From the NCBI GenBank assembly GCA_965224195.1, contig OZ245040.1:1344001-1408000 (forward strand): 64,000 bases of DNA. The letters run 5' to 3'. The notes beneath the pieces are model-generated. The model was not told where the DNA came from. It worked only from the letters and a program-made list of their open reading frames with translations, and did not search any database. The DNA comes from Nitrosopumilus sp. Lineage in GTDB: Archaea > Thermoproteota > Nitrososphaeria > Nitrososphaerales > Nitrosopumilaceae. Numbering within the stretch: the first letter of the stretch is position 1; the number at the start of each line of letters is the position of its first letter. Of the stretch, positions 29,649-40,505 are shown piece after piece. A program made the translations under genes and the position numbers.

Positions 29649-31153
29649 AGAAAAGCATCCAGTCCAGATTTTTTAGAATCAATTTCTTGATTTTTCTCCA
29701 ATACTTGTGTCATTTTTTCCCCCATTGATTTTGCTGCAGTCATCTTTCGTTTTCCTATCCAATAATATGTTTCATCAATAGTGTTTTTTGCTATTAGCAC
29801 TACTAGTTTACCAGTATCTTTTCTACCCGTTCTCCCTCTTCGTTGGATAAATCGTACAGAACTTGGAACGTTATCGTAAAAAATTACCTGATTAACTTCT
29901 GCAATATCCAATCCTTCTTCACCAACACGTGTGGCAACAAGTACTCTAAAAAGCCCATCTCGAAAATTTTGGACAGTTTCAATCTGTTTTTTCTGTTTCA
30001 ATCCAGTATCTCCGGCTTTTCCAATTAAAATTCCAGCAGAAATTCCCAATTCAGTAAGTTTAGTATAAATTAAATCAACAGAGTCACGATAGCTTGTAAA
30101 GATCAATGCTTTTCCAGGAACAGATTCAATGATTTCTTTGAGTTTAGGAATCTTTGAATGTTCAATGCCATGAGATTGTGCTTCATTTGCCAATTGAATT
30201 GCTCGTGTAAAATTTGGATCAATTTCAAATAATTCTTTAACACCCACACCTTTCTTTGCTTTTGCACGTTCACAGAATTTTAGAAATGGTGTAATTCCAT
30301 GAGCCTCTAAAATATTTAGTGCATAATGAATTCTAATTGCAGTGAAGAGAGGTTTTGCAGAACGTCTGTTCTGATTTAATACAAATTGTCTTATTCGGAG
30401 AAGAGCTGATAGTGATTGTTGTTCTGCCAAACGTATTCCGTTTTTTCTTAAAAGGTCATATCTTTCATCCAATGCTAGTTTCAATAATTTTTGTATAGCC
30501 TTCAACTCAGGAGGAAGTTCAACGTTAATCCATTCAGTATGGGTTTCTTGGGTGTAAGGTTTTACATCTGGACTATCTTCAGTACGCTCAGCCACACTAG
30601 AAATTCGAAGTTTTGTTAGAATTTCAGTAGCTTTATCTTTTTCGCTAGGTAAAGTAGCAGTCATCCCTACAATTCTAGCAGAAGAATTTTCAAATCGTTC
30701 TGCTATTCCAGAGTATGCATAATCACCTACAGTTCTATGTACTTCATCAAACACCACAAGAGTAAATTGCTCTGGAGTAACAATACCACGAACTAAATCA
30801 TTCCTAGTAATTTCAGGAGTTGCACAAACAATGCTATTATTCCAAAGTTTAGTTCGCTTTGAAATTGGATCCTCGCCAGTAACTAGGGAGATATCATCTA
30901 GAGTAAGATTATTTTTTAAAAAATCATAGTGTTGATTGACCAAAACTCTAGTGGGTGCTAAAAATAATATACCTCCAGTACCTTTTGACAAATATTCAGA
31001 AATAACATGTAGTGCAACAGCAGTTTTTCCAAGACCTGTAGGTAAAACCACAATACAGTTTTCTTCAATAGCTTGATTTGCCAGATTAATTTGATAATCT
31101 CGTTTCTCTATAGAATTTTTTTTTACATACTTTTTTTCAACAAAATCCGTCAT
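29645..31153 (-). CDS. Hef/FANCM-like DEAH helicase (no nuclease domain)
   Basis: LPTGLGKT, DEVH, MTAT, GEEGLDI, QRRGRTGR. Confidence 0.9.
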   Translation of the reverse strand: MTDFVEKKYVKKNSIEKRDYQINLANQAIEENCIVVLPTGLGKTAVALHVISEYLSKGTGGILFLAPTRVLVNQHYDFLKNNLTLDDISLVTGEDPISKRTKLWNNSIVCATPEITRNDLVRGIVTPEQFTLVVFDEVHRTVGDYAYSGIAERFENSSARIVGMTATLPSEKDKATEILTKLRISSVAERTEDSPDVKPYTQETHTEWINVELPPELKAIQKLLKLALDERYDLLRKNGIRLAEQQSLSALLRIRQFVLNQNRRSAKPLFTAIRIHYALNILEAHGITPFLKFCERAKAKKGVGVKELFEIDPNFTRAIQLANEAQSHGIEHSKIPKLKEIIESVPGKALIFTSYRDSVDLIYTKLTELGISAGILIGKAGDTGLKQKKQIETVQNFRDGLFRVLVATRVGEEGLDIAEVNQVIFYDNVPSSVRFIQRRGRTGRKDTGKLVVLIAKNTIDETYYWIGKRKMTAAKSMGEKMTQVLEKNQEIDSKKSGLDAFL

Positions 31154-31316
31154 TGTACATAGGAAGATCGTAATTTATTGATTTTATGCTTTCGTATAGT
31201 GAAATACTATGTCACAGTCACTTTTTTTTGAAATATCATTCATCATTTACAATAATGATCGCATATACAATTCCAATTAGCGTGATCCATATATTGAACA
31301 GACAGACAGGATTCAT

Positions 31317-31844
31317 ATGAGTAGTTCTTTTGACAGACCAGATTGGGACGAATATTTTATGCTTCAAGCAGAACTAGCAAAACTTCGTTCCAACTGTATG
31401 ACTAGACAAGTAGGTGCAGTAATAGTCAGAAACCATAGACAGTTAGCAACCGGATATAATGGGACCCCACCTGGAATCAAAAATTGTTTTGAAGGAGGAT
31501 GTAAGAGATGCCAACTTCGCATGGAGGGAAAAATTGAGTCTGGAGCATCACTTGATAGATGTCTGTGCAATCATGCAGAAGCTAATGCAATCATGCATTG
31601 CGCAATCTTAGGAATTGAAGCAGGAACAGAAGGAGCAATTCTGTACACAACATTTGTGCCATGCCTAGAATGTACAAAAATGGCCATAACCATTGGAATT
31701 AGAAAATTTGTTTGTCTTGATGCATATCCTGAAACAGATTATGACTTGCTGGAAGAAGCGGGAGTAGAAGTGGTTAGTTTGGACAAAAATAAAATTACAA
31801 AATGGGCAAAAGCACTGGTAGATAAATGCGAAAATTCAGAGTGA
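31317..31844 (+). CDS. dCMP deaminase family protein
   Basis: RSNC..RQVGAVI, GYNG, HAEANA, PCLEC. Confidence 0.9.
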   Translation: MSSSFDRPDWDEYFMLQAELAKLRSNCMTRQVGAVIVRNHRQLATGYNGTPPGIKNCFEGGCKRCQLRMEGKIESGASLDRCLCNHAEANAIMHCAILGIEAGTEGAILYTTFVPCLECTKMAITIGIRKFVCLDAYPETDYDLLEEAGVEVVSLDKNKITKWAKALVDKCENSE

Positions 31845-31848
31845 GAAA

Positions 31849-34404
31849 ATGCAAGTAAGTTTACCAAAAATTGAAAAAATTGAATCAATGTTACCTTCAA
31901 TGTTAGTGTCAGCTACATATGATAACATTTCTAAATCAGTTATTTTAAAATTCTATGAACCAGAATCAAAAAAGCTATTTTTATGGCATGATGAAACAAA
32001 TCACAAACCATATTGTTATTCAAGATTGTCACCAGAAGAGTTGGATTTTCTTCAAGAAAGAAATGATGTACTTGAAATCAAACAGATTAAAAAATATGAT
32101 TTATTAAAAGATGAAGAAATTAGCCTATCACAAATAATTGTAGATAACCCATTATCCATAGGAGGAAATTATGGTGAAAGTATAAAAAATCAAATCGAAA
32201 CATGGGAATCAGATCTCAAATATTATGAAAATTATCTCTACGACAGAGGATTGATAGTTGGAAGGTATTATGAAGTAAAAAATGGGAAGATAGAACCATA
32301 TGATTTAGAAATTTCTGATGAAGTTAAACTTGCATTGAAAAGTTTGTTGTGGGACAAAGTGGATAGTGAAAGTATGATAGATGTAGAAGAATTTAAAATA
32401 TTTATTTCAGAATGGGCAGATTTACTGAACCAACCAATTCCAAGAATAAAAAGACTCAGTGTAGATATCGAAGTTGAAGCAGTGGTTGGAAGAATTCCAG
32501 ACCCAAAAATTGCAGAAAAAAAAGTTACGGCCATAGGTTTGAAAGGTTCAGACGGATTTGATCAAATTTTTGTGCTCAAAACAGAAGGAACTGAGGAGGG
32601 AACAAATGAACTAGAGCCAAACATCAAGATAAAATTCTATGATTTAGCCGATGAGAAAAAAATGATAGAAGATGCATTTGAAATAATCAAGACATTCCCA
32701 TTTGTTCTAACATACAACGGAGATGACTTTGATTTACCATATCTTTACAACAGAGCAGAAAGATTAGGAGTAAAAAACTCACAAAACCCATTTTATATGA
32801 TGAGAGATTCTGCAACTCTCAAAGAAGGAGTTCATTTAGATCTGTACAAAGTTCTTTCAAATAGATCATTTCAGATTTATGCTTTCAGTCAATCATATAC
32901 GGATTTTTCTCTAAATAGTGTCTCAAAGGCACTTTTAGGAAAAGAAAAGATAGACTATGGGTTAGAGTTTGATGAATTAACACTATACCAAACTGCAAAC
33001 TATTGTTACAATGACGCCTTACTAACATACGAACTTACCAGTTTCAACAAAGACTTGTTGATGGATTTACTTGTAATCATTGCAAGAATTGGAAGGTTGC
33101 CAATGGATGATATTGCAAGGTTGGGAGTATCACAATGGATTAGAAGTTTGTTATATTATGAACATAGACGAAGGAATTATCTAATTCCAAAACGTGAAGA
33201 ATTACAAAGAAGATCAGAAGGAGTCATGTCTAATGCAGTAATCAAAGATAAAAAATATCGAGGAGGACTAGTTGTTGAACCAAAAGAAGGAATTCATTTT
33301 GATGTTGTCGTGATGGATTTTGCAAGTCTATATCCAAGTATTATCAAAGTTAGAAATTTATCATATGAAACAGTAAGATGCCCACATGAAGAGTGTAAAA
33401 AAAATACAATTCCAGGAACAAATCATTGGGCATGTACAAAGAAAAACGGTCTAACATCAATGATTATTGGATCATTACGAGATTTGAGAGTAAATTACTA
33501 CAAGAGTTTATCAAAGAAAGAAACACTAACTGATGATCAAAAACAACAGTACACAGTTGTCAGTCAAGCACTCAAAGTGATTCTAAATGCTAGTTATGGG
33601 GTAATGGGTGCAGAAATATTCCCACTATATTTCCTGCCAGTAGCAGAAGCAACAACAGCAATAGGAAGACATACGATTTTAGAGACAATTAAAAAATGTG
33701 AAGATACAGAAATTGAAGTGTTGTATGGAGATACAGATTCATTGTTTCTTAAAAAACCAACTCCAGAACAAATCAAAATAGTGATAGAACAAGCAAAAAA
33801 AGATCATGGAGTCGATTTAGAAATTGACAAAACATACAGATATTGTGTATTAAGTAATAGAAAGAAAAACTATCTAGGAGTTACAAAATCAGGTAAAGTA
33901 GATGTTAAAGGATTAACAGGTAAAAAATCACACACCCCAGCATTTATCAAAAATTTATTTTATGAATTAGTGGATATATTATCTAAAGTCCAAACAATGG
34001 ATGACTTTGTCAAAGCAAAACAAGACATTTCAGAAAAAATTTCAATTTGTGGAAAAAAAGTAGAGGCAAAAGAAATCCCATTAGAAGATTTAACATTTAA
34101 TGTAATGCTTAGCAAAGCTCCTTCAGAATATGTAAAAACAATTCCACAACATATCAGAGCTGCAAAACAATTAGAATCAATTAGAGAGATAAAGAAAGGA
34201 GATAAAATTTCATTTATCAAAATTCTAAACAAACCAGGCGTAAAACCAGTAGAGTTGGTAAAAAAAGAAGAAATTGATTCTAAAAAATATATGGAATTTT
34301 TAGAATCAACATTGGAGCAAATCACATCATCAATGGATTTAGATTTTGATACAATGTTAGGAAAGCCAAAACAAACAGGATTAGATGAATTCTTTTGGAG
34401 TTGA
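31849..34404 (+). CDS. polB: Family B DNA polymerase (PolB1 type)
   Basis: DIEV, YNGDDFD, DFASLYPSII, KVILNASYG, YGDTDS. Confidence 0.95.
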   Translation: MQVSLPKIEKIESMLPSMLVSATYDNISKSVILKFYEPESKKLFLWHDETNHKPYCYSRLSPEELDFLQERNDVLEIKQIKKYDLLKDEEISLSQIIVDNPLSIGGNYGESIKNQIETWESDLKYYENYLYDRGLIVGRYYEVKNGKIEPYDLEISDEVKLALKSLLWDKVDSESMIDVEEFKIFISEWADLLNQPIPRIKRLSVDIEVEAVVGRIPDPKIAEKKVTAIGLKGSDGFDQIFVLKTEGTEEGTNELEPNIKIKFYDLADEKKMIEDAFEIIKTFPFVLTYNGDDFDLPYLYNRAERLGVKNSQNPFYMMRDSATLKEGVHLDLYKVLSNRSFQIYAFSQSYTDFSLNSVSKALLGKEKIDYGLEFDELTLYQTANYCYNDALLTYELTSFNKDLLMDLLVIIARIGRLPMDDIARLGVSQWIRSLLYYEHRRRNYLIPKREELQRRSEGVMSNAVIKDKKYRGGLVVEPKEGIHFDVVVMDFASLYPSIIKVRNLSYETVRCPHEECKKNTIPGTNHWACTKKNGLTSMIIGSLRDLRVNYYKSLSKKETLTDDQKQQYTVVSQALKVILNASYGVMGAEIFPLYFLPVAEATTAIGRHTILETIKKCEDTEIEVLYGDTDSLFLKKPTPEQIKIVIEQAKKDHGVDLEIDKTYRYCVLSNRKKNYLGVTKSGKVDVKGLTGKKSHTPAFIKNLFYELVDILSKVQTMDDFVKAKQDISEKISICGKKVEAKEIPLEDLTFNVMLSKAPSEYVKTIPQHIRAAKQLESIREIKKGDKISFIKILNKPGVKPVELVKKEEIDSKKYMEFLESTLEQITSSMDLDFDTMLGKPKQTGLDEFFWS

Positions 34405-34412
34405 TGTAAATC

Positions 34413-34703
34413 ATGGAAGTTGACGGAACACTTTTGGCAATATTAGGCATTACAGCTGGAGTATTAATTCTCACAGGATGGGTAGAGCAAATTTACAAAG
34501 GATATAAAACAAAGAGACTAAATGATGTTTCAAAATTTTTGATGATCTTTATAGCTGCAGGATCAATTCTATGGTTAATTTATGGAATCATAGTATCAGA
34601 TGTATTTATCATAGGCACAAATTTGGCAGGATTAATTTTAATGATAATTGTATCTACAATGAAAAAAAGATACGATAGTTTATCAAAAATAAAAGAATCT
34701 TAA
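34413..34703 (+). CDS. SemiSWEET/PQ-loop-like membrane protein
   Basis: Three TM helices; QIYKGYKTK..DVS, LWLIYG. Confidence 0.7.
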   Translation: MEVDGTLLAILGITAGVLILTGWVEQIYKGYKTKRLNDVSKFLMIFIAAGSILWLIYGIIVSDVFIIGTNLAGLILMIIVSTMKKRYDSLSKIKES

Positions 34704-34741
34704 TCAAGAATTAAATACAATATAGAAAATTTTAATGAAAG

Positions 34742-35398
34742 ATGTTTGTGATTAATTGTAAAAATTATGAAGAGATAGCAGGAGATAAAATAATAAAATT
34801 TGTAAAAACAGCGGAAAAAATTTCTAAAAAATATAAAGTAAAAATTGCAATCTCACCACCACAGCATTTGATCGGTTTAGTAGCAAATAGTTCTATTCCA
34901 ATATTTGCTCAACATATTGATGTATCCAAAGTAGGAAGCACAACAGGTTTTGTAATTCCAGAATTGTTAAAAAAATCCAAAGTTAAAGGATCATTAATCA
35001 ATCACAGTGAACATAGAATTGCAAGTAAAGAAATTGAAAAATTGGTTATAAAATTAAAAGAACTAAAAATGATATCCATTTTATGTGTAAAAGATATTGC
35101 AGAAGTAGAAAAATATGTTAAATTAAATCCAGATTATATTGCAATTGAGCCTCCAGAATTAATTGGTTCAGGGAAAGCAGTTTCTAAAGAAAAGCCAGAA
35201 TTAATTGCAAAAGCTGCAAGCATAGTAAATAATTCAAAAAATAAAACAAAATTACTATGCGGTGCAGGTATTGTGTCAGGAGAAGATGTGGCAAAAGCAA
35301 TTGAATTAGGATCAAAAGGAATCTTGGTAGCTAGTGGAATCATTAAAGCAAAGGATTGGAATAAAGTAATTTCTGAATTTTCCAAGGCATTAGTTTAA
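34742..35398 (+). CDS. tpiA: Triosephosphate isomerase, archaeal type
   Basis: INCKNY, NHSEHR, IEPPELIGSG, LCGAGI. Confidence 0.95.
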   Translation: MFVINCKNYEEIAGDKIIKFVKTAEKISKKYKVKIAISPPQHLIGLVANSSIPIFAQHIDVSKVGSTTGFVIPELLKKSKVKGSLINHSEHRIASKEIEKLVIKLKELKMISILCVKDIAEVEKYVKLNPDYIAIEPPELIGSGKAVSKEKPELIAKAASIVNNSKNKTKLLCGAGIVSGEDVAKAIELGSKGILVASGIIKAKDWNKVISEFSKALV

Positions 35399-35425
35399 AA
35401 AGCCAAATAATTTACAAAATTTTGC

Positions 35426-38116
35426 ATGGTAAAAACAAAGCCAGTTTATGCATTTGAAGAGGCAAACAGTAAAAAAAGAATGCTGCTAGGGGGGAAAGGC
35501 GCAGGGTTAAGTGAAATGACCCGATTAAAATTGCCAGTACCTCCAGGATTTACAATTACAACTGAAGTTTGTAACAAGTATTATGATAACAATAGAAAAC
35601 TTCCAAAAGATGTGATGCCAGCAGTAATGAAAAACATTGCAAAGATGGAAAAAAAGACAGGTAAAAAATGGAATTCTACAAAAAACCCATTACTAGTTTC
35701 AGTTCGTTCAGGAGCTGCCATCTCAATGCCAGGAATGATGGATACAATTTTGAATTTAGGATTAAATGAAAAAACAGCAGAAGGGTTTGCAGAGCAAACA
35801 AAAAATCCACGTTTTTCATGGGACTCATATAGAAGATTTATTCAATTATTTGGAAAAGTTGTATTTGGAGTCAATGATGAAAAATTTGATCATGTCTTAG
35901 ATTCTGCAAAAACCAAACAGGGGGTTACTGACGATAGCAAGCTAAACATAAAATCATTAAAAACAATTGTATCAGAATATAAAAAAATCTGCGAAATACA
36001 TACCAAAAAAAAATTTCCAGATACACCTAATGAGCAATTAGTGTTATCAATTGAGGCTGTTTTTAAAAGTTGGATGGGAGAAAGAGCAATAGTTTATCGT
36101 GAAAAAAATGGCATTACAAAAGATATCGCCAATGGGACTGCAGTCAATGTAGTGACAATGGTTTTTGGAAACATGGGAGATGATAGTGCAACCGGAGTTG
36201 TATTTACAAGAAATGGTCAGAATGGTAAAAAAGAATTAGAAGGAGAATACCTAATCAATGCTCAAGGTGAAGACGTTGTTGCAGGAGTAAGAACAGGAAA
36301 GAATATTGAATTATTAAAAAAAGACATGCCAAAATCACATAAAGAACTCAGTAATGCATGTGCAAAATTAGAAAAACATTTCAGAGAACCACAGGATATT
36401 GAATTTACTATTGAACAAGGAAAATTCTATCTGTTACAAACAAGAACTGCCAAGATGAGTGCATCAGCATTAGTAAAAACATCAGTAGACATGGTAAAAG
36501 AAAAATTAATCAATAAAGATAGAGCACTTACAAGAATTCCAGCTCAACAATTAGAAGCATTACTTCATAGAACTATGGATGAATCAAAAATTAAAAATTA
36601 TAAACAATTAGCAAAAGGAATTCCAGCATCACCAGGTGCTGCAAGTGGAATTGTTGTCTTTGATGTTAAAAAAGCAATTGAATTAGGAGATGCAGGAAAT
36701 AAAGTAATTCTAGTTAGAAAAGAAACAAAACCAGAAGATGTTCCAGCATTCTTTTCATCAGAAGGGATTTTGACTAGTTTGGGAGGAAAATCTTCTCATG
36801 CAGCAATCGTCTCAAGAGGGATGGGAAAACCGTGCATAGTAGGATGTCCAGAATTAAAAATGGATTACGATAATAACACATGTACTGCAAATGGGATAAC
36901 AATCAAAGGAGGAGAAACAATTACAATTGATGGAAGTGCAGGAACTGTCTATATCGGAGATATCCCAACAGTAGAACCAAAAGTAACAAAAGACTTTGAG
37001 CAAATTTTAGGCTGGGCACAAAAAACAAAAACTTTAGGAATCAGAGCCAACGCAGACACGCCAGATGGAGCAATACTTGCAAGAAAGTTCGGAGGACAAG
37101 GGATTGGATTATGCAGAACTGAAAGAATGTTCAATGAAAGTGATAGAATTAATTTATTTGTAGAAATGATCATGGCTGAAAACATTGAAGAGCGAAGCAA
37201 GATCTTAAACAAATTAGGTCAATTACAAAAAAGTGACTTTATTGAAATTCTAAAGGCAATGGAAGGATATGAAGTTACAATTAGACTATTAGATCCTCCG
37301 CTACATGAATTCCTACCCAACCCAGAAGAACTAGTAGAAAAGATTCAAAAATTAGAGGCAAGTGGAGACACAAATGAAATTAATAAAGCAAAAATTGTTC
37401 TGAAAAGAGCAAGAGAATTAGCAGAAATTAATCCAATGATGGGGCATAGGGGAGTCAGGGTAGGAATCACATACCCAGAAATTTATGAAATGCAAATTAA
37501 AGCAGTGTTTGATGCATTAGTTGAATTAACAAAAAAGAAAGTTAAAGCACATCCACAAATAATGATTCCACAAATTAGCAGCATTGCAGAATTAAACCAC
37601 ATAAAGAAAATTTATGACACCATTAAGAAAGAAACTGAAACTAAAAACAAAATGAAGTTAAAAATTAACTTTGGAACTATGATAGAGGTTGTAAGGGCTG
37701 CACTAACTGCAAACGAACTTGCAACTACAGCAGAATTCTTTAGTTTCGGTACTAATGACTTGACTCAAGGAACTTTTAGTTTCAGTAGAGAAGACGTTGA
37801 AGGAAAATTCCTTCCAGAATACATGGAGAAAGAACTCTTAGAAAGAAACCCATTCCAATCAATTGATGTTAACGGTGTAGGTAGTTTGATAAAAATTGGC
37901 CTTACAGCAGGGCGTGAATTACGACCAAATATGGAAGTAGGAATATGTGGAGAACACGGAGGAGACCCAAGTTCTATCAAATTCTGTCACGCAGCAGGAC
38001 TAAGTTATGTAAGTGCATCACCGCATAGAATTCCAATTGCAATAGTTGCAGCAGCACAAGCAGCAATTGAACAGCCAAAAAAAGCAAAATCTAAAGCAAA
38101 GAAAAAGAAAAAATAA
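35426..38116 (+). CDS. ppdK: Pyruvate, phosphate dikinase
   Basis: LLGGKGAGL, SVRSGA..SMPGMMDT, SHAAIV, GIGLCRTE, SFGTNDL, GICGEHGG. Confidence 0.95.
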   Translation: MVKTKPVYAFEEANSKKRMLLGGKGAGLSEMTRLKLPVPPGFTITTEVCNKYYDNNRKLPKDVMPAVMKNIAKMEKKTGKKWNSTKNPLLVSVRSGAAISMPGMMDTILNLGLNEKTAEGFAEQTKNPRFSWDSYRRFIQLFGKVVFGVNDEKFDHVLDSAKTKQGVTDDSKLNIKSLKTIVSEYKKICEIHTKKKFPDTPNEQLVLSIEAVFKSWMGERAIVYREKNGITKDIANGTAVNVVTMVFGNMGDDSATGVVFTRNGQNGKKELEGEYLINAQGEDVVAGVRTGKNIELLKKDMPKSHKELSNACAKLEKHFREPQDIEFTIEQGKFYLLQTRTAKMSASALVKTSVDMVKEKLINKDRALTRIPAQQLEALLHRTMDESKIKNYKQLAKGIPASPGAASGIVVFDVKKAIELGDAGNKVILVRKETKPEDVPAFFSSEGILTSLGGKSSHAAIVSRGMGKPCIVGCPELKMDYDNNTCTANGITIKGGETITIDGSAGTVYIGDIPTVEPKVTKDFEQILGWAQKTKTLGIRANADTPDGAILARKFGGQGIGLCRTERMFNESDRINLFVEMIMAENIEERSKILNKLGQLQKSDFIEILKAMEGYEVTIRLLDPPLHEFLPNPEELVEKIQKLEASGDTNEINKAKIVLKRARELAEINPMMGHRGVRVGITYPEIYEMQIKAVFDALVELTKKKVKAHPQIMIPQISSIAELNHIKKIYDTIKKETETKNKMKLKINFGTMIEVVRAALTANELATTAEFFSFGTNDLTQGTFSFSREDVEGKFLPEYMEKELLERNPFQSIDVNGVGSLIKIGLTAGRELRPNMEVGICGEHGGDPSSIKFCHAAGLSYVSASPHRIPIAIVAAAQAAIEQPKKAKSKAKKKKK

Positions 38117-38149
38117 ATTTTTAACCAATCAAAATCATCTCTAAATGAA

Positions 38150-38707
38150 TTGCTACCTAGAATTGACTCCATTAAACAAATTAGGCTAAAAATAGGCATT
38201 ACTCAAAAAAAACTTGCCACCATGACAGGAGTAAGTACTTCAATGATAAATCAAATTGAATCAGGAAGAAGCCAACCAAGTTACGATACTGCTAAAAAAA
38301 TATTTGAAAGTCTTGCTAAACTAGAAGGAGAATCATCATCTCACACAGCAGGGGATTTTTGTAGTAAAGATATTGTAAAGCTAAAGCCAACAAACACACT
38401 TCATGATGCAATTAAAAAAATGCATGAGCTATCCATCAGTCAAATTCCTGTTTTTAATAATTCAGATGTTGTAGGAGTTGTTTCTGAGGATGGAATTGTA
38501 AAGCATTTAGCAGATTTAGGAGAAACCGAGTTAAAAAAAGCAAAATTGTCAGAGACCATGGATTCAATTCCCCCAATTGTAAATTATGATACTCCTGCAA
38601 ATGTACTGGTTCCTCTGATAAGATATTCTAAATGCATCCTAGTTTCAAAAAAATCAAAAATCATAGGAATCATAACAGCATCAGATACCTTGAAAATGAT
38701 GGAATGA
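38150..38707 (+). CDS. XRE-HTH plus CBS-pair regulator
   Basis: ITQKKLA..GVS..INQIESG; SQIPV; GIITASD. Confidence 0.85.
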   Translation: MLPRIDSIKQIRLKIGITQKKLATMTGVSTSMINQIESGRSQPSYDTAKKIFESLAKLEGESSSHTAGDFCSKDIVKLKPTNTLHDAIKKMHELSISQIPVFNNSDVVGVVSEDGIVKHLADLGETELKKAKLSETMDSIPPIVNYDTPANVLVPLIRYSKCILVSKKSKIIGIITASDTLKMME

Positions 38708-38885
38708 TGATTTTTAGTTTTCTAATCTCCAATAGTCTTAAGACGATTGATTTTAAACAATTAGCACTTGGATTACATATGTAAAAGATGGGGGACATCT
38801 TGTAGAAGTTCTAGAGGAATTGGTAAAAATTACAAACTCTGTGATAGGTGTAATAAAATAAGACAAAAAGAAAGCAAAAAATAAT

Positions 38886-39062
38886 CTATTGAACGATGAT
38901 TTGAGTTTTACCCCATTTGAGGTCGAACTCTTTTTGAGTCATTTTAACTTTTGATTTGCATTTAACACATCTACGAACTTTGTTGGTTTTTGAATATCTC
39001 CAAACATGAGCTTCGCTTATTTTATGGCAATTCATACAAGACAGAATTTCCTGTTCACTTAA
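38886..39062 (-). CDS. Putative small Zn-ribbon protein (no clear start codon)
   Basis: CMNC...CVKC. Confidence 0.4.
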   Translation of the reverse strand, partial: LSEQEILSCMNCHKISEAHVWRYSKTNKVRRCVKCKSKVKMTQKEFDLKWGKTQIIVQ

Positions 39063-39102
39063 GCGTATGGATAGTTAGGACGCGTTTAGTGTGACTATTC
39101 TT

Positions 39103-39137
39103 TAGGATAACGTAAGTAAAACGAGCTTATCTACGAT
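39103..39137. repeat. Recombination-site-like motif, copy 1
   Basis: TAGGATAACGTAAGTAAAACGAGCTTATCTACGAT; 24/28 identical to 39753-39780. Confidence 0.6.
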
Positions 39138-39231
39138 CAGTAAAAAAGCAGAGCCTCCAAAAAGGTGGGAAAATATTAAAAAAAATACAATCAGATTAAG
39201 TAAGATCAAAACATACCTTTGTTGATTACGA

Positions 39232-39747
39232 ATGGAGAATTTTGAAGGGATGTCTGGAAAGGATATAGGTAGATGGATGAGATGGCATCATGAAAAAATC
39301 AATCCTCACATTCAAATGGATGGAAAATTTGTTGGTCAATTTGAATATTCATTTAATGACATAAAAGATTCAGATATCACACTTGATGATGTTGGAGTTC
39401 TGGCTTTTGGGAATTTTATTTTTTATGAGCCACAACGTGAAAAATGGTTTTCTGTATTAATAGAAAAAACGGCAGAAAATCCAGATCAAAGCATGAAAGA
39501 AATTATAAATGAAATTCAAAAAATGTTTGGTAGAGGATCTATAAGAGAACCAAAAAAATCTTTCTCCAAATACTGGATCATAACACCTGCCGGCATAGGT
39601 AAAACAAGACATGCAAAACTTGGCCCATTAAAAGAATCTCAAGTTAATTCATTATTGAAACGAGGGTTTACTGTTTTAGACAACGACCAACTTACATTTG
39701 AACAGATTCAATCTAGATTTTATGGGACTATTGAGTTAATACAATGA
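39232..39747 (+). CDS. Hypothetical protein flanked by direct repeats
   Basis: 171-aa ORF, no recognised motif. Confidence 0.65.
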   Translation: MENFEGMSGKDIGRWMRWHHEKINPHIQMDGKFVGQFEYSFNDIKDSDITLDDVGVLAFGNFIFYEPQREKWFSVLIEKTAENPDQSMKEIINEIQKMFGRGSIREPKKSFSKYWIITPAGIGKTRHAKLGPLKESQVNSLLKRGFTVLDNDQLTFEQIQSRFYGTIELIQ

Positions 39748-39752
39748 TCAAA

Positions 39753-39780
39753 TAGGATTAGTGAAGTAAAACGAGCTTAT
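39753..39780. repeat. Recombination-site-like motif, copy 2
   Basis: TAGGATTAGTGAAGTAAAACGAGCTTAT. Confidence 0.6.
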
Positions 39781-39807
39781 TTTTCATAGATTCATCTAAT
39801 AATTAAA

Positions 39808-39972
39808 TTATTTGATATTCTGAAGAGAATCAAAACAAGTTATGCAGATATGGATGTTAAATCTATCTTCATCTTTATTGTCTGTTCCATGAGTACCAAT
39901 TTTCCATCTACCATTAATTGTACAATTGGTATCAATTTCTTCTTTATGATATATAGGACACTCATTAGTCAT
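39808..39972 (-). CDS. Putative 54-aa Zn-finger-like protein
   Basis: MTNECPIY...HICITC. Confidence 0.4.
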   Translation of the reverse strand: MTNECPIYHKEEIDTNCTINGRWKIGTHGTDNKDEDRFNIHICITCFDSLQNIK

Positions 39973-40101
39973 ATTTTTATTAATTCACATTTGTTTATAA
40001 CATCTATGTAACGTACCGAATAAGTACCGAGTAGACTTGTAAATTTAGAATTAATTAATTCCAACTGCTGGATTATATATCATGCAATCATACAATAATT
40101 T

Positions 40102-40434
40102 GTGGATGTAAAAGGGGTTAATGATGATTTTACTAAACGATTTAATCAATTACCAAAAGGAAATATCAAAACTGCAGTTCAAGAAGTAATTGATAATCTA
40201 AAAAATAATCATATGATGGGAGATCATATGAAAAAAAAGGATATTCCAAAATATTATATCAAAAAACACAACATACCAATTCTATATTTGATCGACCTTC
40301 CACAATTTTGGAGAGTCACATACTCTGTTATGGAATTTGAAGTTAAGAATGAACTTTCAGGATTGATGTTAGAATTAATGAATCATGATCAATATAACAA
40401 AAGATTTGGCATTTTTAAGAAAAAATCAGCCTAA
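40102..40434 (+). CDS. RelE/ParE-like putative toxin
   Basis: Basic 110 aa; IPKYYIKK..LYLIDLPQFWRVTYSV..LELMNHDQY. Confidence 0.55.
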   Translation: MDVKGVNDDFTKRFNQLPKGNIKTAVQEVIDNLKNNHMMGDHMKKKDIPKYYIKKHNIPILYLIDLPQFWRVTYSVMEFEVKNELSGLMLELMNHDQYNKRFGIFKKKSA

Positions 40435-40483
40435 CATATAATACTTGTATGTATCATACAGCAAAGTTATATACTTTTATGTA

Positions 40484-40504
40484 TTAAGTAACTTAGTTAC
40501 TTAA
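40484..40504. promoter_or_regulatory. Perfect 21-bp palindrome (probable operator) downstream of a TATA-like element
   Basis: TTAAGTAACT-T-AGTTACTTAA ends 1 bp before the ATG at 40506; TTATATA at 40467. Confidence 0.65.
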
Positions 40505-40505
40505 C

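Noticed and set aside
29645-31153. Hef helicase lacking the ERCC4 nuclease as a truncation
   Set aside because: Ends cleanly with a PIP-like GLDAFL tail; stand-alone helicase forms are ordinary.
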